Shown here in pieces: positions 54,787 through 63,632 of a stretch of 64,000 nt of DNA. Origin of the DNA: an uncultured Syntrophobacterales bacterium (GTDB lineage: Bacteria > Desulfobacterota > Syntrophia > Syntrophales > UBA5619); the NCBI GenBank assembly GCA_903928915.1, contig CAIYSL010000068.1, forward strand, positions 81,005 through 145,004, read 5' to 3'. Both the position numbers and the translations under genes were made by a program. Under the pieces are notes generated by a model, which worked only from the letters and a program-made list of their open reading frames with translations, ran no database searches and was not told the DNA's origin. Position 1 is the first letter of the stretch. Each line of letters begins with the position of its first letter.

Positions 54787-56114
54787 GCGGGGGAAGCGCA
54801 GACGTGGATTTCACGACGTATCATCGCCGCCTGGCGGCCGCGAATCCGATCCGGGTAAGCGGACGGGTGTGTGAGATCATCGGTCTGCTCGTCGAGGGGG
54901 AAGGACCGCCTGCCTCGATCGGGGAGGTGTGCGACATCTACGCCAACGACCAGGCAAAACCGGTTCCCGCGGAAGTAGTGGGGTTCAAAAAGGGAAGGGT
55001 ACTGCTGATGCCGCTGGAGACGAACCGGGGGTTGTCTCCGGGCTGCCGGATCCTCTCCGTGGGGAAACGGGCAACCTCCGGGGTCGGCCCGGGTCTCCTG
55101 GGGCGGGTGATAGACGGGCTGGGCAAGCCGATCGACAACAAAGGGCCTGTGGCGTGCACGGAGCAGTACCCCCTGTATGCCGACCACATCAACCCGCTGC
55201 AACGGGGGCGCATCAAGGAGCCGGTCGATCTGGGGGTGCGGGTCCTCAACGGCCTGTTCTCCTGCGGCAGGGGGCAACGGATGGGGGTGTTTGCGGGCTC
55301 GGGCGTGGGGAAGAGCGTCCTGATGGGGATGATGGCAAAAAATACCGATGCCCAGGTAAACGTCATCGGCCTCATCGGCGAGCGCGGCCGCGAAGTACGG
55401 GAATTTCTCGAGAAGAATCTGGGAGAAGCGGGGCTCCAGAAATCGGTGATCATCGTGGCGGCCTCGGATATGCATCCCCTGATCCGGACCCGGGCGGCCT
55501 TTCTGGCGACCGCGGTAGCGGAGTACTTCCGGGACCAGGGGCAGGATGTGCTCCTGATGATCGATTCGCTGACCCGCTTCGCGATGGCCCTCCGGGAGAT
55601 CGGCCTGTCCGTGGGCGAACCGCCGACCACCAAGGGATATACCCCGTCGGTGTTCAGCGTCCTGCCCAAATTACTGGAGAGGGCGGGGATCATCGAGGGA
55701 GGGGGGAGCATCACCGGCCTGTATACGATCCTCGTGGAGGGAGACGATTTCAACGAACCCATATCGGATTCGGCGCGATCCATTCTGGACGGCCACATCG
55801 CCCTTTCCCGCCACTTGGCCAACCAGAATCACTATCCGGCCGTGGACATCCTGGAGAGCATCAGCCGGGTGATGGTCGATATCGTCGATGAAGAGCATCG
55901 GAAGCTGGCCAACGAATGCATCCAGATCATGGCCACCTACCGGAAGGCGGAGGATCTGATCAACATCGGCGCCTATGTGGCCGGCAGCAATCCGGATATC
56001 GATTACGCCATAAAGATGATGCCGCGGGTAAACGCGTTTCTCCAGCAGGGGATGGATGAGAAGGTGAGTTATCGGCAGACCCGGGAGGAATTGCAGCAAC
56101 TGTTTCAGGGGTGA
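54783..56114 (+). CDS. fliI: flagellum-specific ATPase FliI
   Basis: Walker A GSGVGKSVLMG, Walker B VLLMIDSLTRFA, HYPAVDILESISR. Confidence 0.97.
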   Translation: MSGGSADVDFTTYHRRLAAANPIRVSGRVCEIIGLLVEGEGPPASIGEVCDIYANDQAKPVPAEVVGFKKGRVLLMPLETNRGLSPGCRILSVGKRATSGVGPGLLGRVIDGLGKPIDNKGPVACTEQYPLYADHINPLQRGRIKEPVDLGVRVLNGLFSCGRGQRMGVFAGSGVGKSVLMGMMAKNTDAQVNVIGLIGERGREVREFLEKNLGEAGLQKSVIIVAASDMHPLIRTRAAFLATAVAEYFRDQGQDVLLMIDSLTRFAMALREIGLSVGEPPTTKGYTPSVFSVLPKLLERAGIIEGGGSITGLYTILVEGDDFNEPISDSARSILDGHIALSRHLANQNHYPAVDILESISRVMVDIVDEEHRKLANECIQIMATYRKAEDLINIGAYVAGSNPDIDYAIKMMPRVNAFLQQGMDEKVSYRQTREELQQLFQG

Positions 56115-56557
56115 GAGTGTTCGTTTTTCGATTGCAGCCGGTGCTGGAGCATCGCAAGAACATGGAGGAGAAGGCCCAGTGCGAGTTCTCCGCGGCGACG
56201 CTGAAGCTCAGGACCGAGCAAACGACCCTGACCGCCCTGCAGGACGAAGAGATCCTCTTGGGCGCCCAATGGCGGAACCTGGCCGTGCAGCCGGCAAAGG
56301 CCCCGGATTTCGGCCTGTATGCCGATTACATCAAGCGGGTTCAGCAGTCCATCCGCGCGCAGGCCGCAGTTGTCCGTACGGCGGAAGAAGCGGCCGAACG
56401 GAAACGGAGCGCCCTGCTGGCCGTCGTCAAAGAGCGAAAGATGCTCGAAACGTTCAGGGAGAAGCAGCGCCTTGCCTATGAGAACTGGGTCGCCGGGCGG
56501 GAGCAAAAAAATCTGGATGAGGTATCCATCCTTAAGTTCAAATGGGAGGAGTCTTGA
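56111..56557 (+). CDS. fliJ: flagellar export chaperone FliJ
   Basis: 148-aa coiled-coil protein (FRLQPVLEHRKNMEEKAQ.EF). GTGA overlap with the fliI stop. Conserved position. Confidence 0.75.
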   Translation: MRVFVFRLQPVLEHRKNMEEKAQCEFSAATLKLRTEQTTLTALQDEEILLGAQWRNLAVQPAKAPDFGLYADYIKRVQQSIRAQAAVVRTAEEAAERKRSALLAVVKERKMLETFREKQRLAYENWVAGREQKNLDEVSILKFKWEES

Positions 56558-57183
56558 AACGGGTCGTCATCGCACTGCAGGTTCTAGTTCTGGCCGTCTT
56601 TCTGGCCAAGGTCGTCACCACGGCAGACGGGTTCAGGAGATTTGCCGGCAGCTACGGGCAGATGGCATCGCCGGGCGAGGCACTGGCGCAGACGCCTGCT
56701 GCCCCCGCCGCGCAATCGCCCTCCCGTGATGGTCAGCCTCCCGTCCGGGACGTGCTGAGCGAACCGCTGACCAAGGAACGAACCCTGGAGGAGGCCCTGC
56801 AGGCCAAGATCCGGGACCTGGAACAACGGGAAGAGGTCCTGAAGAAAGAGGCGCAGCGCCTCCTGGCGTTGAAACTCGAGCTTGCCGAAAAGATCGATAC
56901 CCTGCGCACCCTGCAGCAGCAGATCACCGCCGCTACCGAGTCGGTCAAGACCGAGGAGGGCAAGCGGTTGAAAGACCTGGCGCGGGTATACGAGGCGATG
57001 CCGCCGGCAAAGGCCGGGGCCATGCTCGAAACGCTCGACACGCCGACCGCTGCGGGAATCACGATGAACATGAAACGGGACAAGGCGGGAACGATCTGGG
57101 GGTACCTCAGCCAGAAGAAGGCAGCGGAAATCACGAAAGAGATCACCCGTGTCCTGAAAGCCGCGGGAGAAAAGAAATCATAA
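56542..57183 (+). CDS. YlxF/FlbB-like flagellar protein with an MgtE_N-like domain
   Basis: 213 aa. N-terminal TM, coiled coil, C-terminus YEAMPPAKAGAMLETLDTPTAAGI...MKRDKAGTIWGYL. Same slot as B. subtilis ylxF, between fliJ and fliK. Confidence 0.6.
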   Translation: MGGVLKRVVIALQVLVLAVFLAKVVTTADGFRRFAGSYGQMASPGEALAQTPAAPAAQSPSRDGQPPVRDVLSEPLTKERTLEEALQAKIRDLEQREEVLKKEAQRLLALKLELAEKIDTLRTLQQQITAATESVKTEEGKRLKDLARVYEAMPPAKAGAMLETLDTPTAAGITMNMKRDKAGTIWGYLSQKKAAEITKEITRVLKAAGEKKS

Positions 57184-57210
57184 GCCCCCCGGCGGTCCAG
57201 TCCTCTGCGT

Positions 57211-57236
57211 GGAGGCGGCTGTATCAGGCCGCCTCC
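57211..57236 (+). terminator. GC-rich hairpin downstream of the ylxF-like gene
   Basis: 9-bp perfect stem GGAGGCGGC / GCCGCCTCC with a loop of about 8 nt and no T-run. Confidence 0.35.
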
Positions 57237-57333
57237 CGCGCCCCACTGCGGTGGAGTTGTTCACCGTCGACGCGTCTCACCCGAACGCCCTCCCGGGCAC
57301 CCGCACCGCATCCCCTTACCGACCGCAGAACCG

Positions 57334-57359
57334 CCTCCGTCCGGGGGGAGGATTTTTTT
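57334..57359 (+). terminator. weak hairpin plus T7 run (terminator candidate)
   Basis: CCTCC...GGAGG followed by ATTTTTTT (T-run 57353-57359). Confidence 0.35.
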
Positions 57360-57466
57360 CCGTCCTGTCGCACTCTGCCCGGCAATTATTTCCCAGCCCT
57401 GGGCGGCACATCCCGGCTATCATTTTAACATCTCGATAATACTTGCTATATTTCTTATCCACGTCG

Positions 57467-57482
57467 TGGCATACCTCTTGCT
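57467..57482 (+). promoter_or_regulatory. sigma-54 promoter for fliK-flgD-flgE
   Basis: TGGCAT-ACCTC-TTGCT is an exact fit to the -24/-12 consensus spacing. Lies 33 nt upstream of the fliK ATG, in a locally AT-rich stretch. Confidence 0.65.
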
Positions 57483-57514
57483 CAAAGGGTGTCTAAACGG
57501 AAAGGGTTCATCTC

Positions 57515-59881
57515 ATGAAGAACATGCCCCCAGTTATGAAGAGCCAGATGCCGATGACGGGTGCTCGTCCCGCTGCGGGACGGCGGGTGCCGCAGGAGAG
57601 CCTGCTGCCGATCTCCGGCGACCTGCATGACCGTTTGGCCTCTGCGGCGCAGCACGATGCACCCGAACCATTTCAGCGGGTGTTCCAAAAGAGCCTGCAC
57701 GACCGGGGGCGGACACGGGATCAGGAGGATCCCTCCGCGGGTGATCGGCCGGCGGACAATCAGGATGCCTCTCCGGCGCGGGCGAAGCGCACCGAGGGGG
57801 AAACCGCGGCAGTGGTTCCGGCAGGTGCGAGACCGCGCGACGGGAGAGGCTCGCCGCTGGCGTCCGAAGCTCCGGGGACAAAACAGGAAGAGAATTCGTC
57901 GGGGGAGCCTCCCGGCGCCGAAACGACTGCCCTGATTTCCGTCGGGTGTCCCCTGTTGGCTCATGCCTATCGGGATGCGACTCCCGGGACATCCCCGGAA
58001 GCTCGCGCCGCCGAAGGGGGAGAACATTCGCCGGGCGGGCCGCTCGGCGACGAATCAGTTGCGCACACTGGCGCCTCTCACCCCCTGGTGGTTCATGCCC
58101 AGCGGAATCGGACTCCCGAGCAATCTCCCGTAGGCCGAGGTTCGCTGTCGGGCAGCGAGGGGAGGGCGAAGGAAGCACCGGCCACCGTGGCTTCACCACA
58201 GCGACGGTCGGAGGGCGGCCTCGACCTTCGGGCGGCTCTCGGCGCGGGGAAGGCGATACCCCGTGCGGCAGCTCCCGAGATGCGCGCGGCGGAGGCCGCA
58301 CCGGCGGGGGCGGGGACCGCTGCGGCAGAGCTCCCCTCCATCCGCGGGGGACGGAAGGATCGACCGGCGCAGGCTGGCACCGCGCTGCCCGGGGAGACGA
58401 GAGCCAAGATGGTCGGGGGCGACTCCTCCGGCGGGCCGGAGGGGAGGATCCGCATATCGTTGCCCGAGAGCGCCCGCAGTGCCGCGTCGCCGCGACCGAG
58501 CAGGGGAAGCACCGCCCAGGAAGGCCCCCTCTCCGCCGAGATGACCCCTCCTGCCGATAGGGGCGGCCGGAGAGCGGCGCCCGCGGAGCGGGCATCATCT
58601 CCGGCGACAGAACCGGGGCCCCAGGGGACCCACCCGGGCGTGGCGCCCTTCGGCAGCCGGGGGGAGAACCCCGCTCCCGGGGAGCGGCCGGACCCGGACC
58701 AGACAATGGCGACGCTCCGCGTCCGGCAGATACGGATCGGTGCCGAGGCAGGGCTGACGACGAACAAGACGAAATCCAGCGGAGCCGCGGCGCCTGTCGG
58801 TACGGCCGATGACGGCGCAAGGGGCATCGCGAACGGCGCTGATCTGCGGTTCGCACTCCGCGCAGAGGCGAGCGGGCCGGAGGGGGACGCGGGAATGGCG
58901 GATGGCCCATCTCCCGCTCCTGTCGGAACGGACGCGCCGGGAGGGGGGCGGCGCCCCCTGGCGGACGAGAAGGCGTCCCCGCTGACGAAGGCGTCGGAGG
59001 CGCAGACCACCGACGGCGTACCGGGAGGCGGGGTGTCCGCTGCGGGAGAGAACGCCGGCGCAGGTGGGCCGCATGCCCCCTCTTCCGCGAAGGAGGGAGC
59101 GCTCCCGGTGCAGCGGCGGCAGCCGGGCACCGAGGTGTTCAGCGCGGTGGCAGGGGCGCGTCCCGGCGGACAGGGGGCGGCAGTCGAGCCGGCGGGAAAC
59201 AGCGCCGCTGAGGCTGTCAGAGAGATCGGCATTGCACCTTCAGGCCGGGGCGGTGAATCCCGGCCGGAGAGCGGGGGGAAGGGGGCTCATTCCGGGTCAC
59301 CCTTCGGGACGGTCCCGGCGGGGCGTGTGCACCCGCACATGACAGCCGATGCAGCGCCGCTGCCGGGCGCCTTTGCGGCCGCCGTTGCCGATGCGGCAGC
59401 GGTCACGACGGCGGGAGGCGAGGCGGTGGAGGAGGCTCCCCTGCTGAGGCAGGTCGTCGAGGCTTCCCAGCCGCTGCTCCAGCAGGGCGGCGGCCGGATC
59501 GTGATCAGCTTGACCCCCCCGAGCCTGGGCTCGCTCGACATCGATGTCCGGGTGAAACGCGATACCGTCGAGTTGTTCGTGGTTGCGAACAATCAGGACG
59601 TCCAGCAGACCCTCTGCTCCCATATCGATCAACTCCGGAAGGCGCTTGTCGACCAGGGGTTGAATATGGAACGGTTTCAGGTAGTCGTGGGGGACCGTTC
59701 CGACTCTCAGCAGGGACGCGACCCCCGGCAGGACGGCGCGCCCGGCTGGCAGGGGGAGGCGCGTGGCGAGCGGGGGTATCGGCGGGAGCCACAGGACGGG
59801 CGGGCAAGCGACGATACGCCCGCTCTCCGGCGGCCCGGTTCCTACCAGTCAGCTCTCGGGGGCATTAACGTATTCATATAG
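57515..59881 (+). CDS. fliK: flagellar hook-length control protein FliK (unusually long)
   Basis: 788 aa. Long Pro/Ala/Gly/Arg-rich low-complexity N-terminal and central part. Conserved C-terminal Flg_hook domain (GGRIVISLTPPSLGSLDIDVRVKRDTVELFVVANNQDVQQTL...LRKALVDQGL). Confidence 0.85.
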   Translation: MKNMPPVMKSQMPMTGARPAAGRRVPQESLLPISGDLHDRLASAAQHDAPEPFQRVFQKSLHDRGRTRDQEDPSAGDRPADNQDASPARAKRTEGETAAVVPAGARPRDGRGSPLASEAPGTKQEENSSGEPPGAETTALISVGCPLLAHAYRDATPGTSPEARAAEGGEHSPGGPLGDESVAHTGASHPLVVHAQRNRTPEQSPVGRGSLSGSEGRAKEAPATVASPQRRSEGGLDLRAALGAGKAIPRAAAPEMRAAEAAPAGAGTAAAELPSIRGGRKDRPAQAGTALPGETRAKMVGGDSSGGPEGRIRISLPESARSAASPRPSRGSTAQEGPLSAEMTPPADRGGRRAAPAERASSPATEPGPQGTHPGVAPFGSRGENPAPGERPDPDQTMATLRVRQIRIGAEAGLTTNKTKSSGAAAPVGTADDGARGIANGADLRFALRAEASGPEGDAGMADGPSPAPVGTDAPGGGRRPLADEKASPLTKASEAQTTDGVPGGGVSAAGENAGAGGPHAPSSAKEGALPVQRRQPGTEVFSAVAGARPGGQGAAVEPAGNSAAEAVREIGIAPSGRGGESRPESGGKGAHSGSPFGTVPAGRVHPHMTADAAPLPGAFAAAVADAAAVTTAGGEAVEEAPLLRQVVEASQPLLQQGGGRIVISLTPPSLGSLDIDVRVKRDTVELFVVANNQDVQQTLCSHIDQLRKALVDQGLNMERFQVVVGDRSDSQQGRDPRQDGAPGWQGEARGERGYRREPQDGRASDDTPALRRPGSYQSALGGINVFI

Positions 59882-59890
59882 CGAGGTGTG

Positions 59891-60547
59891 ATGATGTCGA
59901 CTATCAGTGCAGTAAACACGGGTTCATCGGCTTCGGCGAGCCAGGTAAAGAACATCGTGAGCAAGGACGACTTCTTCAAGCTGCTGATCGCGCAGTTGAA
60001 GAATCAGGACCCGATGAAACCGCTCGATGCCACCGGGTTTACCGCCCAGCTGGCGCAGTTTTCCAGCCTGGAGAAGCTGGAGAACGTCAATTCCACGCTG
60101 ACGAAGCTCCTCGGACAGCAGGAGCTGTACAACCAGATGGGGTCGGCTCAGCTGGCGGGCAAGTATGTCGTCGCCAAAGGCAGCCAGTCCGACACCTTCA
60201 CCGCCGCCGGCAAACCGGTCGGACTGGGGTATGAACTTCCTGCGGACGCAAAGCAGGTGTTCATCACCATCTATGACGAGCAGGGACGCGCCGTGGATAT
60301 GATCGAGAAGACCGACCAGTCCGGCGGGTATTACCAGGCGGTGTGGGAAAACAGCGCGGCCAAGACGGGGAAGTTCACGTTCGTTGTCGCCGCGTTCGAC
60401 GGGCAGGGGAACAATCTGAACGCAACGACGCTGATCGAGGGGGTCGTCTCCCGGGTCAATTTCCGCGACGGCCAAGTGTACGTGATGGTGAACAATAAAG
60501 AAGTGGCGGTCGGGCAGCTCCTGTCCGTCACGGATGCAAGATCCTGA
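59891..60547 (+). CDS. flgD: flagellar hook assembly/capping protein FlgD
   Basis: KDDFFKLLIAQLKNQDPMKPLD...FTAQLAQFSSLEKL, then a FlgD Ig-like domain. GTG at 59888 is an alternative start. Confidence 0.9.
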   Translation: MMSTISAVNTGSSASASQVKNIVSKDDFFKLLIAQLKNQDPMKPLDATGFTAQLAQFSSLEKLENVNSTLTKLLGQQELYNQMGSAQLAGKYVVAKGSQSDTFTAAGKPVGLGYELPADAKQVFITIYDEQGRAVDMIEKTDQSGGYYQAVWENSAAKTGKFTFVVAAFDGQGNNLNATTLIEGVVSRVNFRDGQVYVMVNNKEVAVGQLLSVTDARS

Positions 60548-60584
60548 GCAAACGATTCTCGCAGAGAAAGGGAGGTAGGGGAGT

Positions 60585-62453
60585 ATGGGTAGTGCACTAT
60601 GGATAGGAACTACGGGGCTGAATGCCAGTTCGATGCAGATCGACGTGATCGGTAACAACTTAGCCAACAGCAATACGCCGGGGTATAAGGCGGACAACAT
60701 GTACTTCTCCAGTCTGTTGACCCAGAGTCTGGCCACGGGGGGAAACTCCATGTCCATCGGCCAGGGGGTGCGGGTGTCGAGCGTCTCGACGCAGTTTGCC
60801 GCCGGAGCGATGCAGACCACGGGCAACGCCACCGACCTGGCGATCGACGGCGACGGGTTCTTCTGCGTCAAGGACGGCACCGGGGCGGAGTACTTTACCC
60901 GCGCCGGCGCCTTCCACACCGACAAGAACAACAACCTCGTGGACGCGAACGGGTATTTCGTCCAGGGCTACAACCCGATCGCCAACACCGTGACCGGCAT
61001 CGGGTTCGGGACGCCGATCTCGGGCGCGCGGCCGACCGCGAACATCCTCAGCGCCGGGTTCAACCTCGACTCGGATACAATCACCGGGGGGGCCTTCGGT
61101 CTGTCCCAGTCGATCTACGACTCCCTGGGCGGCATCCATTCCGCGGCCCTGGCCTTCACCAAGACCGGCACGCTGGGGTACTGGGGGCTGGAGTCCCGGC
61201 TCGACACCACCAATTACGCGTCGATTACCGGCGGGTTGGGACGGGTCGACGGTCTGGTCTTCAGCGCCGACGGGAGCCTCTCCGGGCTGTACAAGGTCGA
61301 AGACCTGACCACGACGCCCGGCGCCGGCACGTACGGCTTTGCCGCGGTCACCGACCCGGCGGCGGATGCGGCGACTTCCACCGCCATGGTTGACGCCAAC
61401 GACGGCGTGGTGATCACCACGACCGCTGCCGGCAACGCCCAGACGATCGACGACCCCACCGACGTGACGGCGGGCAAGCTGTTCCGGGTGGTGAACGACG
61501 CGGCGTCCACGGATCCGATCACGGTCAACGGCGTCGCCCTTGCCGCGGGAGCCACCGCGATCTGGCAGTGGGACGGCGATTCCTGGGAAGCGGCGGCCAA
61601 CTACGCCGCCGGGTCGGTAAGCCTCGACAGCGTCCACTACGGAAAGCTGTACCAGGAGACGACCAGCCCCATCACCCTCGCCTTCGACGGGACCACCTGG
61701 TCGATCGCCGAAAGCGGCGGCTACAACGCGATGGCCATCTCCTTCACCCCCGACGCTGCCCCGGGCGCGCTGGCGGGAAACGGACTGATCAAGCTGGACG
61801 TGGACGGGGACAGCAATACTGATGTCACGCTGACGACCACCAACGCCGCGGGCATCAACTGGACGTCGGGCAACACGATTACCTTCAGCAACGTCAACTA
61901 CGAAACGCCGACGGCGAAGCAGAACCTTGCCATCAGGTACAACAACCTACCCAACGACCCGGTGTACATCGGCGGCACCGGCGCGGATAAGAACGTCCTC
62001 AAGTGGGACATGGCCTCGGACATGATCGACACCTCGGGCATCACCTCCTTCGCGTCCACCTCCGAGACCCGGGCCTTCTCGGTGGACGGCTGGACCCAGG
62101 GGACGCTCAAGAGCCTCTCCTTCGATTCCGACGGCAGGATCACCGGGTATTTCACGAACGGCCAGACAAAGAGCCTCGGCCAGATCCAGTTGGCGCGGTT
62201 CACCAACCCCGCTGGCCTGAAGAAGGTGGGGAACTACTTCACGATGACGGAACTCTCCGGCACCCCGACCCGAAACTACGCGGGATCGGGCGGAACGGGC
62301 GACATCCGCTCGAACGCCCTGGAGATCTCCAATACGGACGTGACGGTGGAGTTCATCAACATGATGACGGCGCAGCGCGCCTACCAGGCCAACGCCCGCG
62401 TCATCACCGCCGACGACCAGAACTTCCAGCAGTTGATCAGCATCAAACGGTAG
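60585..62453 (+). CDS. flgE: flagellar hook protein FlgE (enlarged central domains)
   Basis: N-terminus GSALWIGTTGLNASSMQIDVIGNNLANSNTPGYK, C-terminus SNTDVTVEFINMMTAQRAYQANARVITADDQNFQQLISIKR. 622 aa. Confidence 0.95.
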   Translation: MGSALWIGTTGLNASSMQIDVIGNNLANSNTPGYKADNMYFSSLLTQSLATGGNSMSIGQGVRVSSVSTQFAAGAMQTTGNATDLAIDGDGFFCVKDGTGAEYFTRAGAFHTDKNNNLVDANGYFVQGYNPIANTVTGIGFGTPISGARPTANILSAGFNLDSDTITGGAFGLSQSIYDSLGGIHSAALAFTKTGTLGYWGLESRLDTTNYASITGGLGRVDGLVFSADGSLSGLYKVEDLTTTPGAGTYGFAAVTDPAADAATSTAMVDANDGVVITTTAAGNAQTIDDPTDVTAGKLFRVVNDAASTDPITVNGVALAAGATAIWQWDGDSWEAAANYAAGSVSLDSVHYGKLYQETTSPITLAFDGTTWSIAESGGYNAMAISFTPDAAPGALAGNGLIKLDVDGDSNTDVTLTTTNAAGINWTSGNTITFSNVNYETPTAKQNLAIRYNNLPNDPVYIGGTGADKNVLKWDMASDMIDTSGITSFASTSETRAFSVDGWTQGTLKSLSFDSDGRITGYFTNGQTKSLGQIQLARFTNPAGLKKVGNYFTMTELSGTPTRNYAGSGGTGDIRSNALEISNTDVTVEFINMMTAQRAYQANARVITADDQNFQQLISIKR

Positions 62454-62469
62454 ATTTCTTCTTAGCCTC

Positions 62470-62501
62470 GTTCCTTCCCTGCCGCGCGGCAGGGAAGGAA
62501 C
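62470..62501 (+). terminator. strong stem-loop after flgE (terminator or mRNA-stabilising hairpin)
   Basis: Perfect 14-bp stem GTTCCTTCCCTGCC / GGCAGGGAAGGAAC with loop GCGC, 16 nt after the flgE stop. No T-run. Confidence 0.55.
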
Positions 62502-62951
62502 GAAACCTCTGTCCCGGTACGCGGTCCTCCCGTGCGCGGCACGCCGGAGGTGCCGCTGCGGTTCGGGAGTCCTTCCCCGCCAGCCGGCACTGCCGCACCC
62601 TTTTTCCCCTCCCCCGCCCGAAGCGCTACGGAGTGCTCTGTCCGCCCTGTCGTCGGTCCCGCCGCACTGCGCCCGAAAATGCAGAGTCAAATGTTTGACG
62701 ATTTGTCAAAAAGTGGTTTCCCCGGGGGGCGGCGCGGCCGGGGCGGTTGTCCGGAGCCACGCCTGGCGTCGCGAAGGATCCCCGCGCGGCCGGCGGAGCG
62801 GGAACGCCCCGACGAGCGGAACGGCCGGGCCGGAAGCGGCTGCGACTGCGGGTTCAGCGGTCTTGCTGCCGCGGGTCCGGCGCCGCATCGCTGCCTTCGG
62901 CAAGGCCCCGCGGAGCGCCGGGAATGCCCATAACCCGCGAGCGGGGAATTT

Positions 62952-62967
62952 TGGCATGACGGTTGCT
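62952..62967 (+). promoter_or_regulatory. sigma-54 promoter for fliL-fliM
   Basis: TGGCAT-GACGG-TTGCT is an exact fit to the -24/-12 consensus spacing. Lies about 160 nt upstream of the fliL ATG. Confidence 0.65.
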
Positions 62968-63128
62968 GAAGGGGTGATTAGATGCGGGGATGAATGGCTG
63001 CTTTGCTCCCCGTACCCCCCGGGGCGGTCGGGTTGTGCCGGAAAAAGGCTGCCCGGTGCGTCCGCGGGGATCGCAGTGAGCGGAGACGGCAGTGAAATCT
63101 CGGCCGCCGGGAACAGTGAGGGGTATCC

Positions 63129-63623
63129 ATGGCAAAAGACGACAAAGAGGACGAGGTACAGGAACCGCAGGAGAAACCCGTCAAGAGCAGCGGGGTCATG
63201 CTGAAATGGATCATCATCGGGGTGGTGCTCCTGGTCGTTGTAGCGGCGGCTGTGGGCGGGGGGCTCTACTTTTTCCGGGGAACGGAAACCGCGCAGAAGA
63301 AGCCCCCGGCGGCGCCCATCATCGGGGGCCTCTGGCCGATGGAGCCGTTCATCGTCAATCTCCGGGACAACAACGGCGAGAGGTACCTCAAGGCGGTCCT
63401 GCAGCTGGAGATGTCCGCCCCGGAACTCGTCGCGGAACTCAACCTCCTGAAGCCGAAACTACGGGACAGCACGCTGGATCTGCTGTCGTCGAAGACCTAC
63501 GTGGAGCTGCAGGAGTTCAGCGGCAAGCAGAAGCTGCGCGAGGATATCATGATCCGGCTCAACAGCTTCCTCACCAGCGGCAAGATCGTGCGCATCTATT
63601 TCACCGATTTCGTGATTCAGTAA
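63129..63623 (+). CDS. fliL: flagellar basal body-associated protein FliL
   Basis: 164 aa. Acidic/Lys N-terminus, single TM (WIIIGVVLLVVVAAAVGGGLYFF), FIVNLRD.....YLK..LQLE....., IYFTDFVIQ. Confidence 0.9.
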   Translation: MAKDDKEDEVQEPQEKPVKSSGVMLKWIIIGVVLLVVVAAAVGGGLYFFRGTETAQKKPPAAPIIGGLWPMEPFIVNLRDNNGERYLKAVLQLEMSAPELVAELNLLKPKLRDSTLDLLSSKTYVELQEFSGKQKLREDIMIRLNSFLTSGKIVRIYFTDFVIQ

Positions 63624-63632
63624 GGGCCGGCG

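Noticed and set aside
57534-59232. 458-aa and 379-aa minus-strand ORFs opposite fliK
   Set aside because: The low-complexity GC-rich fliK region is stop-free in several frames. Only the plus frame ends in the conserved Flg_hook domain and is preceded by a sigma-54 promoter and RBS.
62532-63204. 133-aa and 169-aa plus-strand ORFs in the flgE-fliL gap
   Set aside because: They have no RBS and an Arg/Gly/Pro/Ala-rich composition. One overlaps fliL out of frame, and neither resembles FlbD or any flagellar protein. The region is treated as non-coding.
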